Shown here piece after piece: positions 18,359 through 26,811 of a DNA stretch of 64,000 bases (positions within the stretch are counted from its first letter, which is position 1; each line of letters starts with the position of its first letter). The notes beneath the pieces were generated by a model. That model was given only the letters and a program-made list of their open reading frames with translations. It did not search any database and was not told the DNA's origin. A program made the translations under genes and the position numbers. This stretch comes from Candidatus Daviesbacteria bacterium (GTDB lineage: Bacteria > Patescibacteriota > Microgenomatia > Daviesbacterales > UBA10151): assembly GCA_028715175.1 (NCBI GenBank), contig JAQUSJ010000001.1, positions 276,550 through 340,549 of the forward strand, read 5' to 3'.

Positions 18359-18667
18359 TTGTTTATGACTCTTCACATTGATACCAAAGACCAAAAGAAA
18401 ATTAGGGTTTCGTTGAAAAAAGAGGGGAAAGTTATCAAGAGTTTGAGTGAGAAAAATGAATACGGTTCCCAAGTTCTTTTGCCCCTTATTATTAAATTAC
18501 TACGAGCTACAAACTACGAACTAAAAACTCTTCAAGGAATTGAGGTGGAAACTGGGCCAGGGTCTTTTACAGGATTGCGGGTAGGAGTTTCTGTGGCTAA
18601 TGCCCTAGGTTTTGCTTTAGGGATTCCTGTTAATGGAAAGAGGTTAGAAACAGAGTTAGTTTATTGA
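18359..18667 (+). CDS. tsaB: Truncated TsaB (YeaZ)-like t6A biosynthesis protein, N-terminal domain only (102 aa)
   Basis: ETGPGSFTGLRVGVSVANALGFALGIPV matches the TsaB/Kae1 family 'GPGSFTGLRIG' motif. Ends at TGA 18665-18667, far short of a ~230-aa TsaB. Confidence 0.6.
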   Translation: MFMTLHIDTKDQKKIRVSLKKEGKVIKSLSEKNEYGSQVLLPLIIKLLRATNYELKTLQGIEVETGPGSFTGLRVGVSVANALGFALGIPVNGKRLETELVY

Positions 18668-18698
18668 TTGGATTCCCGCTTTCGCGGGAATGACAATC
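18668..18698 (+). promoter_or_regulatory. Conserved leader hairpin motif, copy 2: stem TTCCCGC / GCGGGAA (7 bp, 5 GC pairs), loop TTTC, followed by TGACAA
   Basis: Paralogous to 7175-7205. Lies directly after the tsaB stop and upstream of the likely true start (ATG 18717) of the CAP-domain gene. Confidence 0.4.
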
Positions 18699-19589
18699 CC
18701 GTGCTATACTTTTAATATGGCTTGGCAAAATTGGTTCATTCCTCACAAAGACACTCACAAAAAAGCTCATCTTCTAAGTTGGGAAGGTTTAAGTATATAC
18801 ATACTGTTTTTTATTCTTTTACAGGTAGGTTTTTCAATTATAAATTACACAAAACCGGGAATTTTGGGGATTACTTCAGGTGTTGACCAGAAAAAACTTA
18901 TTGAATTGACTAATGTTGAAAGGCAAAAAGCAGGATTTTCGCCGGTTTTAGAAAATGATGCGCTTAATAAGGCAGCAGCACTTAAGGCCCAAAATATGTT
19001 TCAGGAAAATTATTGGGCTCATTTTTCCCCTTCAGGAAAAACTCCCTGGGATTTTATGTTGGGAACCGGATATAAATTCACTTTTGCCGGAGAAAATTTG
19101 GCGAAAAATTTTTATCAATCTGATGATGTAGTGAAAGCCTGGATGGCTTCACCAACACATAGAGATAATCTATTGAATCCGAAATATAAAGATATTGGTA
19201 TTGCTGTTGTAGACGGAGTACTTAATGGGCAAAAAACTACATTAGTAGTTCAAGAGTTTGGTACCACCCAAGACTTGGTGACAAATCCTTCGGTTTCCGT
19301 CCAAGGTAAACAATTTGCCGTATCTAAACAGGATTTTAATAAACCGCAGCTTCTAGTTTCTATTCCTGAGACTAAACAGAACATCAAAGTATTGGTAGAT
19401 CCTTATTCGGTATCCAGAGTGGCAGGCTTCACAATGGTAATTTCGATCTCGATACTATTAATGCTTGATGTTTGGATTCTTAAGAAAAGAGGAGTTTTCA
19501 GGGTTTCTTCTCATCACATTGCCCACATGGCGCTACTTTCTTTGGCAGCCGGTAGTTTGATTATGACAAGTCCAGGAGCCGTCTTATGA
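18690..19589 (+). CDS. CAP/SCP/PR-1 domain protein flanked by N- and C-terminal TM helices (more likely start 18717, MAWQNW)
   Basis: CAP motifs YWAHFSPSGKTPWDFM, GENLAKNF, AWMASPTHRDNLLNPKYKDIGIAVV. The ORF-track start at 18690 lies inside the leader hairpin. Confidence 0.7.
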   Translation: MTIPCYTFNMAWQNWFIPHKDTHKKAHLLSWEGLSIYILFFILLQVGFSIINYTKPGILGITSGVDQKKLIELTNVERQKAGFSPVLENDALNKAAALKAQNMFQENYWAHFSPSGKTPWDFMLGTGYKFTFAGENLAKNFYQSDDVVKAWMASPTHRDNLLNPKYKDIGIAVVDGVLNGQKTTLVVQEFGTTQDLVTNPSVSVQGKQFAVSKQDFNKPQLLVSIPETKQNIKVLVDPYSVSRVAGFTMVISISILLMLDVWILKKRGVFRVSSHHIAHMALLSLAAGSLIMTSPGAVL

Positions 19590-19737
19590 TACTAAAAATT
19601 TTGGGGATAGGCATACTAATATACCTTATCTGGGCAATATTACACCATAAGCGTGACAAGAGTTTGACTTTGCCCATTTTCTTAGAGTATCTTTTAACTG
19701 CGATCTTGAGTTTGATATTATTTGCAGGAGTGACTTA

Positions 19738-20823
19738 TTGATGAAAGCAATTATACCAACAGGTGGCCGTGGTACCAGAATGCGGCCATTAACTTTTTCT
19801 ACTAATAAGCATTTTATTCCGATTGCAAACAAACCGTTAATTTTTTACCCGATAGAAAAAATTGCAGATACAGGTATTAAAGACATTGCGATTACTTATA
19901 ATTTGGGCGGGTTAGATGAAGTGCAGACGATATTGGGAGATGGCAGCAAATGGGGTTTAAAATTCACATATATTTTGCAGGAGAAACCTTTAGGCCTTGC
20001 CAATATCGTAGAAGTTTGTGAGGATTTTCTTGCAGGCAGTCCTTTTTTATTTCATCTGGGAGACAATATTTTTGTAGACGGTATAAGACAAGCATTTGAT
20101 TATTTTGTAAAGAAAAAACCCAATGGGCTTGTTACGATGCTCCACCATCCTGAAAACAGAAGGATGGGAGTGCCTTTCTTTGATAAACAAAATAAATTAT
20201 TAAAATATGTAGAAAAGCCGGAAAATCCTCCACACGATTTCGCAATTCCTGGTTTGTATTTTGCAGATTCAAATTTCTTTAAATGTTTCAAGGGGCAAGA
20301 CAGGATTAAACCATCAGCTAGAGGGGAATTTGAAATTCCGTCTGCATTTCAATGGATGATTGATCATGGGTTTAATGTGGAGGTTATTGAATACAGCGGC
20401 AAATGGTTGGATCCTGGTAAATTTGATGATTGGCTGGATGCAAATGAATATCTTCTGAATCGCGATCTACAGGTAAACACAGAAAGTAAGATTGATCCGA
20501 CTTCCAGAATCGAAGGAAAGGTTTCAATAGGCGAGCATGCCGAGATACGAAGGTCTAAACTTAACGGTCCTGTCATAATAGGAGATAATGTTATAATAGA
20601 AAACTCGGAAATTGGCCCCTTTGCCTCGATAGGAAACGATTGCGAAATTTTAAATAGCAAAATAAAAAGGAGTGTTTTGATGGATGGAGTGAGAGTGAGC
20701 GGAGTCGCAAATCACCCGATTGAAGATAGTTTAATAGGGACAGATAGCGAAATTGCCGGAGCAGATGGTAGAAGTGCAAAAACCAGCCTTTTTGTTGGGG
20801 AAAAGTGTAAAATACAAATATGA
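19738..20823 (+). CDS. rfbA: Glucose-1-phosphate thymidylyltransferase-like sugar nucleotidyltransferase with C-terminal left-handed beta-helix extension
   Basis: N-terminal MKAIIPTGGRGTRMRPLT (RmlA G-x-G-T-R). C-terminal ~100 aa of hexapeptide repeats (IGEHAEI, IGDNVII, IGPFASIG, IGTDSEIAG). Stop overlaps the rfbB start. Confidence 0.8.
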   Translation: MMKAIIPTGGRGTRMRPLTFSTNKHFIPIANKPLIFYPIEKIADTGIKDIAITYNLGGLDEVQTILGDGSKWGLKFTYILQEKPLGLANIVEVCEDFLAGSPFLFHLGDNIFVDGIRQAFDYFVKKKPNGLVTMLHHPENRRMGVPFFDKQNKLLKYVEKPENPPHDFAIPGLYFADSNFFKCFKGQDRIKPSARGEFEIPSAFQWMIDHGFNVEVIEYSGKWLDPGKFDDWLDANEYLLNRDLQVNTESKIDPTSRIEGKVSIGEHAEIRRSKLNGPVIIGDNVIIENSEIGPFASIGNDCEILNSKIKRSVLMDGVRVSGVANHPIEDSLIGTDSEIAGADGRSAKTSLFVGEKCKIQI

Positions 20824-21830
20824 TTCTTCTGGTTACTGGAGGAGCCGGTTTTATCGGTTCAAACTTCATTCATTATTGGTTAAAGAATCATGCAGATGAT
20901 CGGATTGTTAATCTGGATACTTTAACTTATGCAGGCCATTTAGAAAGCCTCAAAGATATATCAGATAATCCTAATTATCAATTTATAAAAGGAGATATTA
21001 CAAACCCCGAAGATGTAAAAAGGGCAATGGATGGAGTGGATATTATTGTTCACTTTGCCGCGGAATCTCATGTTGATAGATCCATAGTTGATCCGCTTAC
21101 TTTTGTTCGAACTAATGTATTGGGAACAGCGCTGCTTTTAAATACGGCATTAGATTTGGGAGTTAAAAGATTTCATCATGTCTCAACAGATGAGGTTTAT
21201 GGAGAGCTTGGACCAGATGACCCTCCTTTTACAGAAGAGACCCTTTATGCTCCGCGTACCCCTTATGCTGCATCAAAAGCAGGTTCTGATCATTTGGTCA
21301 GAGCTTATTTTGAAACCTATGGTTTGCCTATTACAATTTCAAATTGTGCAAATAACTACGGCTTCTTTCATGATCCGGAAAAGTTAATTCCCAGATTTAT
21401 AACTAATTTACTAGAAGGAAAAAAGGTGCCTTTGATGGGAAAAGGGGAAAATATCAGGGAATGGCTGCATGTAGAGGATCATGCTTCGGCAATAGATTTT
21501 GTTTTACAAAAAGGAGAAATTGGGGAAACATATTTAATTGAAGGTGAGGAAAAAACTAATATGGAAATAACAAAAATGCTGCTTGAGATTTTAGGTTTGG
21601 ATGAATCAATGATTGAATTTGTGGGTCATCGGTTAGGACATGATTTCCGTTACGCTATAAATGGTGAAAAACTCCGGAGCTTAGGCTGGGAAAGAAAGCA
21701 TTCTCTTGCAGAAGATCTGTCTAAAGTAGTCTTATGGTATAAGACTAATGAATGGTGGTGGAAACCTCTAAAAGAGGGGAGGCCAAACATTGATCGCAAT
21801 GCACAAAAATCTTATAAGCAAAGCTTGTAA
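20820..21830 (+). CDS. rfbB: dTDP-glucose 4,6-dehydratase
   Basis: MILLVTGGAGFIGSNF, HFAAESHVDRS and YAASKAGSDHLV (YxxxK), as in RmlB. 336 aa. Confidence 0.9.
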   Translation: MILLVTGGAGFIGSNFIHYWLKNHADDRIVNLDTLTYAGHLESLKDISDNPNYQFIKGDITNPEDVKRAMDGVDIIVHFAAESHVDRSIVDPLTFVRTNVLGTALLLNTALDLGVKRFHHVSTDEVYGELGPDDPPFTEETLYAPRTPYAASKAGSDHLVRAYFETYGLPITISNCANNYGFFHDPEKLIPRFITNLLEGKKVPLMGKGENIREWLHVEDHASAIDFVLQKGEIGETYLIEGEEKTNMEITKMLLEILGLDESMIEFVGHRLGHDFRYAINGEKLRSLGWERKHSLAEDLSKVVLWYKTNEWWWKPLKEGRPNIDRNAQKSYKQSL

Positions 21831-21864
21831 ATTTTGTTTGCAAGCTGCGCTTACAAACTTGTTT

Positions 21865-22416
21865 ATGGACCATAAACTTATTAAAGCAACATCAATCCCA
21901 GGACTGTTAGTATTGGAAAGACCAATACTTACGGACGAACGGGGATTTTTTAGAGAAATTTTCCATATTGATGAAATAGAAGAAACTTTGAATATTGAGT
22001 TTAAAGGCTTACAAATGAATCATGCTCATTCTAAACCTTCGGTAATGCGGGGAATTCATGCAGAAAATTGGAATAAGATAATTTATCCGGTTAATGGACA
22101 AGTTTTCGTGGCGATTGTTGATATTAGAGCAGATTCCTCAACTTTTGGTAAGATGGAAACATTTACAATCAACGATCAAAACAGGATTGCCTTATTTGTT
22201 TCCAAAGGTTTGGCTAATTCTTATTGTATTACCGGCAGTACACCAGTGGACTACATCTACCTAGTTGATGCTTATTACGATGGTTCAGATACCAGGGCAA
22301 TTGCCTGGGATGATCCTGATTTAAATATAAATTGGCCGATTAAAAATCCTATTATCTCCGAGAGGGATAAAAATAATCCGACACTGCGGGATCTATTTCC
22401 CGAAAAATTCAAATGA
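21865..22416 (+). CDS. rfbC: dTDP-4-dehydrorhamnose 3,5-epimerase (start chosen at MDHKLIKATS; the ORF track extends to 21790)
   Basis: IPGLLVLERPILTDERGFFREIF and RGIHAENWNKIIYPVNG, as in the RmlC cupin. 183 aa from this start. Confidence 0.8.
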   Translation: MDHKLIKATSIPGLLVLERPILTDERGFFREIFHIDEIEETLNIEFKGLQMNHAHSKPSVMRGIHAENWNKIIYPVNGQVFVAIVDIRADSSTFGKMETFTINDQNRIALFVSKGLANSYCITGSTPVDYIYLVDAYYDGSDTRAIAWDDPDLNINWPIKNPIISERDKNNPTLRDLFPEKFK

Positions 22417-23321
22417 TGAATTCAAAAGTATTAATCTTTGGGGGAAACGGTTTGGTAGGATCAAAATTTATCCAGATACATTCTCGGGCTTTTGAAATAA
22501 AAGCCCCTCTTGTTTCAGAGATAGATATATTAAATAAAGATCAACTTTTAAAATTTGCTCAAGATTTTGCGCCGGATACAATCATTAATTTTGCAGCATA
22601 TACTCAAGTTGAAAGCGCCGAAGCCCAAAAAGGAGATAAAGGCGGAATTTGTTATCAAATAAATGCGGTCGGAGCAAAAAATGTGGCGGATGTATGCAAG
22701 GAAATGGGAAAGAAATTGATACATATTTCAACGGAATATGTATTTGACGGAACAAAAGCGGAGAGTCCTTATACAGAAGAAGATAAGCCAAATCCAATCA
22801 ATTGGTATGGGCAGACCAAGTATGCAGGGGAGCAATTTGTTTTCGAAAGCGGTTGCGCTGCAACCATAGCTAGAATTTGTATGCCGTTTAGTCCTTTTTA
22901 TGAACTCAAAACAGATGTTGCCAGATTTTTCCTCAAGGAGTTGCAGAATGGCAGGAGAGTAAAAGCGATTGAAAATCAGCGAGTCACGCCGACTTATGTG
23001 AACTATATTGTTAATGCTTTGAAGGTGTTAGTTGAATCGCAGACAGAAGGACTTTATCATATTAGTAGTACGGATAGTGTAACTCCACAAGAGTTTGCCA
23101 AAACCATTGCCGAAATTTTTCAATTAAACTATTTTCTGATTTCTCCGATCAGTCTTGATGAATATAACAAAAGTAAGACTGTTAAACTCCTGCAGTATTC
23201 CTGGTTAAATCCCGCAAAATTCGAGGAGCAGTTCGGAGAAGGAGTGTTGCATACTGTTGAAGAAGGATTAACGCTTTTCAAAAAAGAGATTGACGAGAAA
23301 GGGGAAAATCGGCTATATTAA
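22413..23321 (+). CDS. rfbD: dTDP-4-dehydrorhamnose reductase
   Basis: VLIFGGNGLVGSKF Rossmann start; YGQTKYAGEQ (YxxxK); ~300 aa, typical of RmlD. Start overlaps the rfbC stop (ATGA). Confidence 0.8.
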   Translation: MMNSKVLIFGGNGLVGSKFIQIHSRAFEIKAPLVSEIDILNKDQLLKFAQDFAPDTIINFAAYTQVESAEAQKGDKGGICYQINAVGAKNVADVCKEMGKKLIHISTEYVFDGTKAESPYTEEDKPNPINWYGQTKYAGEQFVFESGCAATIARICMPFSPFYELKTDVARFFLKELQNGRRVKAIENQRVTPTYVNYIVNALKVLVESQTEGLYHISSTDSVTPQEFAKTIAEIFQLNYFLISPISLDEYNKSKTVKLLQYSWLNPAKFEEQFGEGVLHTVEEGLTLFKKEIDEKGENRLY

Positions 23322-23370
23322 GCATAGTTAATATTTGGTTAATATTTCTAAATAAGACAGAAACAAAAAT

Positions 23371-24387
23371 ATGGCAGATAAAAAAAGAGCTTTTATAACA
23401 GGAATTTCGGGACAAGACGGTTCATACTTAAGCGAGTTCTTATTAGATAAGGGTTATGAGGTAGCAGGTTTAGTCCGCAGGAATGCGGTTTTGGACTTGG
23501 GTAATATTAATGAATTAAAAGATGAAGTAAAAATCTATTATGGAGATTTGCATTCACCCGAATCTATTGCGCTAGCTCTGTATGATTTTAAACCAAATGA
23601 AATATATAATTTGGCTTCTCTTTCTTCTCCGCTTGGATCATTTAGCGATAAACTGGGAGCGATTATGGTTACAGGAGTAGGTGCTCTTAATGTTTTTGAA
23701 AGAGCTAAACAGGTTGTTCCTGATGCTAAAATTTATCAAGCATCAACGTCTGAGATGTTTGGTGCACCAAAGCAGGTTCCTCAGGATGAAAATACCCCTT
23801 TTAATCCTGCTAATCCCTATGCAGCAGCCAAAGAATTTGCACATAGGATGGCTGTGATTGCAAGGAATGATAAAAAAGAACCCCAATTTATTTCCTGCGG
23901 AATCCTTTTCAATCATGAAAGCCCCAGACGCGGTTTAAACTTTGTGACAAGAAAAATCACTGTTGCCGTAGCCTGTATCAAGAACGGCAAGAGGGAAGGA
24001 ATACCTTTAAATGAGATAGGCGAACCGATTATAAAAAATGGAAAAGTAAAATTGGGAGATTTGGATGCCAAGAGAGATTGGGGTTATGCTCCTGATTATG
24101 TGGAGTTAATGTGGATGATGTTGCAACAAGATCAGGCAGATGACTTTGTAGCTGCAACAGGAGAAACGCATACGGTTGGAGAGTTTGCCGAAGAAGCTTT
24201 TGCCGTTGTCGGTTTAAATTGGAAAGACTATGTTGAAATTGATCCGCATTTTATACCTCCGCTGCAAACCGGGCCGTTGTGCGGGAATGCTGCAAAAGCC
24301 AAAGAAGTTTTAGGGTGGGAACCAAAGACAAAATTTAAGGATCTGGTCAAAATTATGGTTCATGCAGACCTTGCTAAATTCTCCTAG
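23371..24387 (+). CDS. gmd: GDP-mannose 4,6-dehydratase
   Basis: AFITGISGQDGSYLSEFLLDKGYEVAGLVRR, ASTSEMFG and YAAAKEFAH, as in Gmd. 338 aa. Confidence 0.85.
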   Translation: MADKKRAFITGISGQDGSYLSEFLLDKGYEVAGLVRRNAVLDLGNINELKDEVKIYYGDLHSPESIALALYDFKPNEIYNLASLSSPLGSFSDKLGAIMVTGVGALNVFERAKQVVPDAKIYQASTSEMFGAPKQVPQDENTPFNPANPYAAAKEFAHRMAVIARNDKKEPQFISCGILFNHESPRRGLNFVTRKITVAVACIKNGKREGIPLNEIGEPIIKNGKVKLGDLDAKRDWGYAPDYVELMWMMLQQDQADDFVAATGETHTVGEFAEEAFAVVGLNWKDYVEIDPHFIPPLQTGPLCGNAAKAKEVLGWEPKTKFKDLVKIMVHADLAKFS

Positions 24388-25594
24388 TTTCCGCTACAAT
24401 CGATCCATGTTAAAAATAGTTTCCGTTGTTCTCCCTACTTATAACGAAAAAGCAAATATCGAAAAAACGGTTGAGAAGGTTTTTGAACAAGAAAAAAATC
24501 TTCCTGGCTTTGAGATAAATGTTGTAATTGCAGACGATATCAGGTCTTCTGATGGAACAGAACAGATTGCAAAAGAATTAACGAAGAAGAACAAAAGAGT
24601 GCATTTTATAAAGGTAGAACCGGGTTTGGGTGTCGGATTAATAAAAGGTCATCAATATGCTTTGGATAATTTGCACCCCAGTATTCTGGCTCAACTTGAT
24701 GCAGACGGACAGGTTGAACCTGACGTACTGGTAAGGCTTGTCGGTGCGATAGAAGATGGTTATTCGCTGGCAATCGGCTCCAGATTTGTCAGCGGAGGGA
24801 AAAATAAGCTCTCTTTCATAAGAAGACTTTTTACTTATGGGGCATCAGCCTTTTTCCGAATAATGGTAGGCCCATGTGATATTAAAGAAGTTACGAATTC
24901 TGCAAGAGCATTGACCCCTGCTTTGTTTAAGAAGATTAATTTAGAAAAATTGCCATGGAGAGAGCAAACCTTTATTGTTCAACCGGCTTTCTTGCATGAG
25001 GCAATTTTGGCTGGCGCCACATATAAAGAAGTACCCTTAGTTTTTAAAAATCGTTTGGAAGGATATTCTAAGAATAAAGTTTTTAACTATACATATGATG
25101 TTATTACTTATTGTATTGATGCAAGTTTAAATAAGCTGGGAATTCATGTTAGATTTTTCTATATAACTCGCCGGATCAAGACACTGGTAAAGTTTAGTTT
25201 AGTCGGGTTTGTCGGAACAATGGTAGATTTCTTATTCTATAAAATATTTATTAATTTTTTCTTATTAACCCCGGCAATGTCTAAAGGTTTTTCTGCCGAA
25301 ATTGCTATTGTGAATAATTTTATACTTAATAATTATTGGACATTCCGCTATCGGAAAACAAAAACAAACATTTGGCAAAAATTTGGTATTTTTAACTTGG
25401 TGAGTTTTGGTGGACTCTTGATTGGAGTGTTGATTGTTAAATTTTTACATATGACTTATGGTGACGGATTTGTTTATCCTTTCGGTCGTCACGTTGCTTA
25501 CAATAATTTTTATTTTTTTGCTACCATTCCACCAGTCATGCTTTGGAATTTTTTAATTAACCATCTCGTGACTTGGCGTAACCAGGAGGACTAG
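24362..25594 (+). CDS. GT2 polyprenyl-phosphate sugar synthase (Dpm1/GtrB-like) with C-terminal GtrA-like 4-TM membrane domain
   Basis: VVLPTYNEKANIEKTV..VVIADD...D-x-D (GT2 DxD). C-terminal FSLVGFVGTMVDFLFYKIF...NNFILNNYWTFR matches the GtrA family. Confidence 0.75.
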   Translation: MQTLLNSPSFRYNRSMLKIVSVVLPTYNEKANIEKTVEKVFEQEKNLPGFEINVVIADDIRSSDGTEQIAKELTKKNKRVHFIKVEPGLGVGLIKGHQYALDNLHPSILAQLDADGQVEPDVLVRLVGAIEDGYSLAIGSRFVSGGKNKLSFIRRLFTYGASAFFRIMVGPCDIKEVTNSARALTPALFKKINLEKLPWREQTFIVQPAFLHEAILAGATYKEVPLVFKNRLEGYSKNKVFNYTYDVITYCIDASLNKLGIHVRFFYITRRIKTLVKFSLVGFVGTMVDFLFYKIFINFFLLTPAMSKGFSAEIAIVNNFILNNYWTFRYRKTKTNIWQKFGIFNLVSFGGLLIGVLIVKFLHMTYGDGFVYPFGRHVAYNNFYFFATIPPVMLWNFLINHLVTWRNQED

Positions 25595-26760
25595 TTAAAC
25601 AATTCTAGGTTGGGGATGGGAGCGGTGTTTTGAAGTATAAAATTTTGGGCATAGAGATAAATTGCTAGTAGTATTATAGGTAGGATTATTTTAAACTCAC
25701 GGCTTGTTAAAATTTTTTCAAATGCAATTAACACAAACGGCACAATAGGCAGCAAGTATCTGCTGATATCCCTGTGGGATACAAAGGTACTGGCCGTAAG
25801 ATAAGTTAAAACAAAAAAAGCTAAAGGATAAAGTTTTTGTTTTAATAACATTAGCCCTCCTAAAAATCCTAATGTAAATATATAGACAATGTCTTCTAAC
25901 CACATACTTCCTACCCAAAACTCATTTTTATTAAAAACTTTGAAAGGAGGAAAGCTAAGGTGAATATTATCTCCGCTGTGAAAGTAAGCAAAAAAATCAT
26001 GGTAGGCAGTGGAGTATAAATAGAAAACACCAAGAAGCGTTAGCGGGATGAGGAGCAGAGGAGAGTAGGAGATGATGCTGGAGATTGTGCGACGAAGGAG
26101 ATTGCTCCCTTTTTGGGTAATAATTTTCCAGGTAAGATAAAAAATTAAAGCTAAAAACAGCAATATCCCGGGCGGTCTGGTTAATTGCGCCAACATCCCA
26201 AAAATTCCTGCTGATAAAATAAATAGAGGGCGCGGAGACAGCTCAAACCGTAGAAAAAAATAAAGTGCAGTAGTGACAAAGAAAATAAAAACCGGTTCTG
26301 CCGACCCGACGCTATGAACAATTAACCACCGGGCGGGCAAAATCAAAAAAATAAAAGATAAAAAAAGCGGATGATCGGTTAATTTAAAATCATTTACTAA
26401 TAAGTAAAAAATTATCACAGAAAAACAAGTAAAAATTAGGGAAACAAAAATCATTGATTTTAAAAAGCCTAATAGTGGTGAAAATAATAAAATAAGTAAA
26501 GCATAGCCGGGGAAATGGGCAGCGTAATAGTTGGCGGAAAGCGTTTGGGGCAAGTTTGCGATAATTGTGGGGTTGTAAAACGATTTAGCGATAATTACGT
26601 ACTCTAAACCGTCGAAGTTTCGGTAAATAGTAGAAAATCCTTCTTTAAAGCTTAGTCCCCAAAAGTTTGGCAGTGCTAAAATGTGAGGCAACCAAACAAA
26701 TATGGTAACGATAATTGTAAGGAACGTGAGGATAATGCAATCTTTGACGGATTTTGACAT
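25591..26760 (-). CDS. Polytopic integral membrane protein, possible GT-C-like transferase (DUF2029/PIG-V-like topology)
   Basis: 389 aa, ~11 TM helices. YYAAHFPGYALLILLF loop resembles PIG-V/DUF2029-type mannosyltransferases. Stop overlaps the preceding + strand gene end. Confidence 0.4.
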   Translation of the reverse strand: MSKSVKDCIILTFLTIIVTIFVWLPHILALPNFWGLSFKEGFSTIYRNFDGLEYVIIAKSFYNPTIIANLPQTLSANYYAAHFPGYALLILLFSPLLGFLKSMIFVSLIFTCFSVIIFYLLVNDFKLTDHPLFLSFIFLILPARWLIVHSVGSAEPVFIFFVTTALYFFLRFELSPRPLFILSAGIFGMLAQLTRPPGILLFLALIFYLTWKIITQKGSNLLRRTISSIISYSPLLLIPLTLLGVFYLYSTAYHDFFAYFHSGDNIHLSFPPFKVFNKNEFWVGSMWLEDIVYIFTLGFLGGLMLLKQKLYPLAFFVLTYLTASTFVSHRDISRYLLPIVPFVLIAFEKILTSREFKIILPIILLAIYLYAQNFILQNTAPIPNLELFN

Positions 26761-26811
26761 ACTTACTTAAATCATAGCAGAAGTTTAAGAGATTATGCTA
26801 CACTTTAATTC

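Noticed and set aside
18690-18716. N-terminal extension MTIPCYTFN of the CAP-domain protein as called in the ORF track
   Set aside because: This stretch is the GC-rich leader hairpin; the downstream ATG at 18717 gives an N-terminus (MAWQNWFIPHK + TM helix) more consistent with a signal-anchor.
23322-23370. Direct repeat GTTAATATTT x2 upstream of gmd as a regulator binding site
   Set aside because: Only two short AT-rich copies in AT-rich spacer; indistinguishable from chance.
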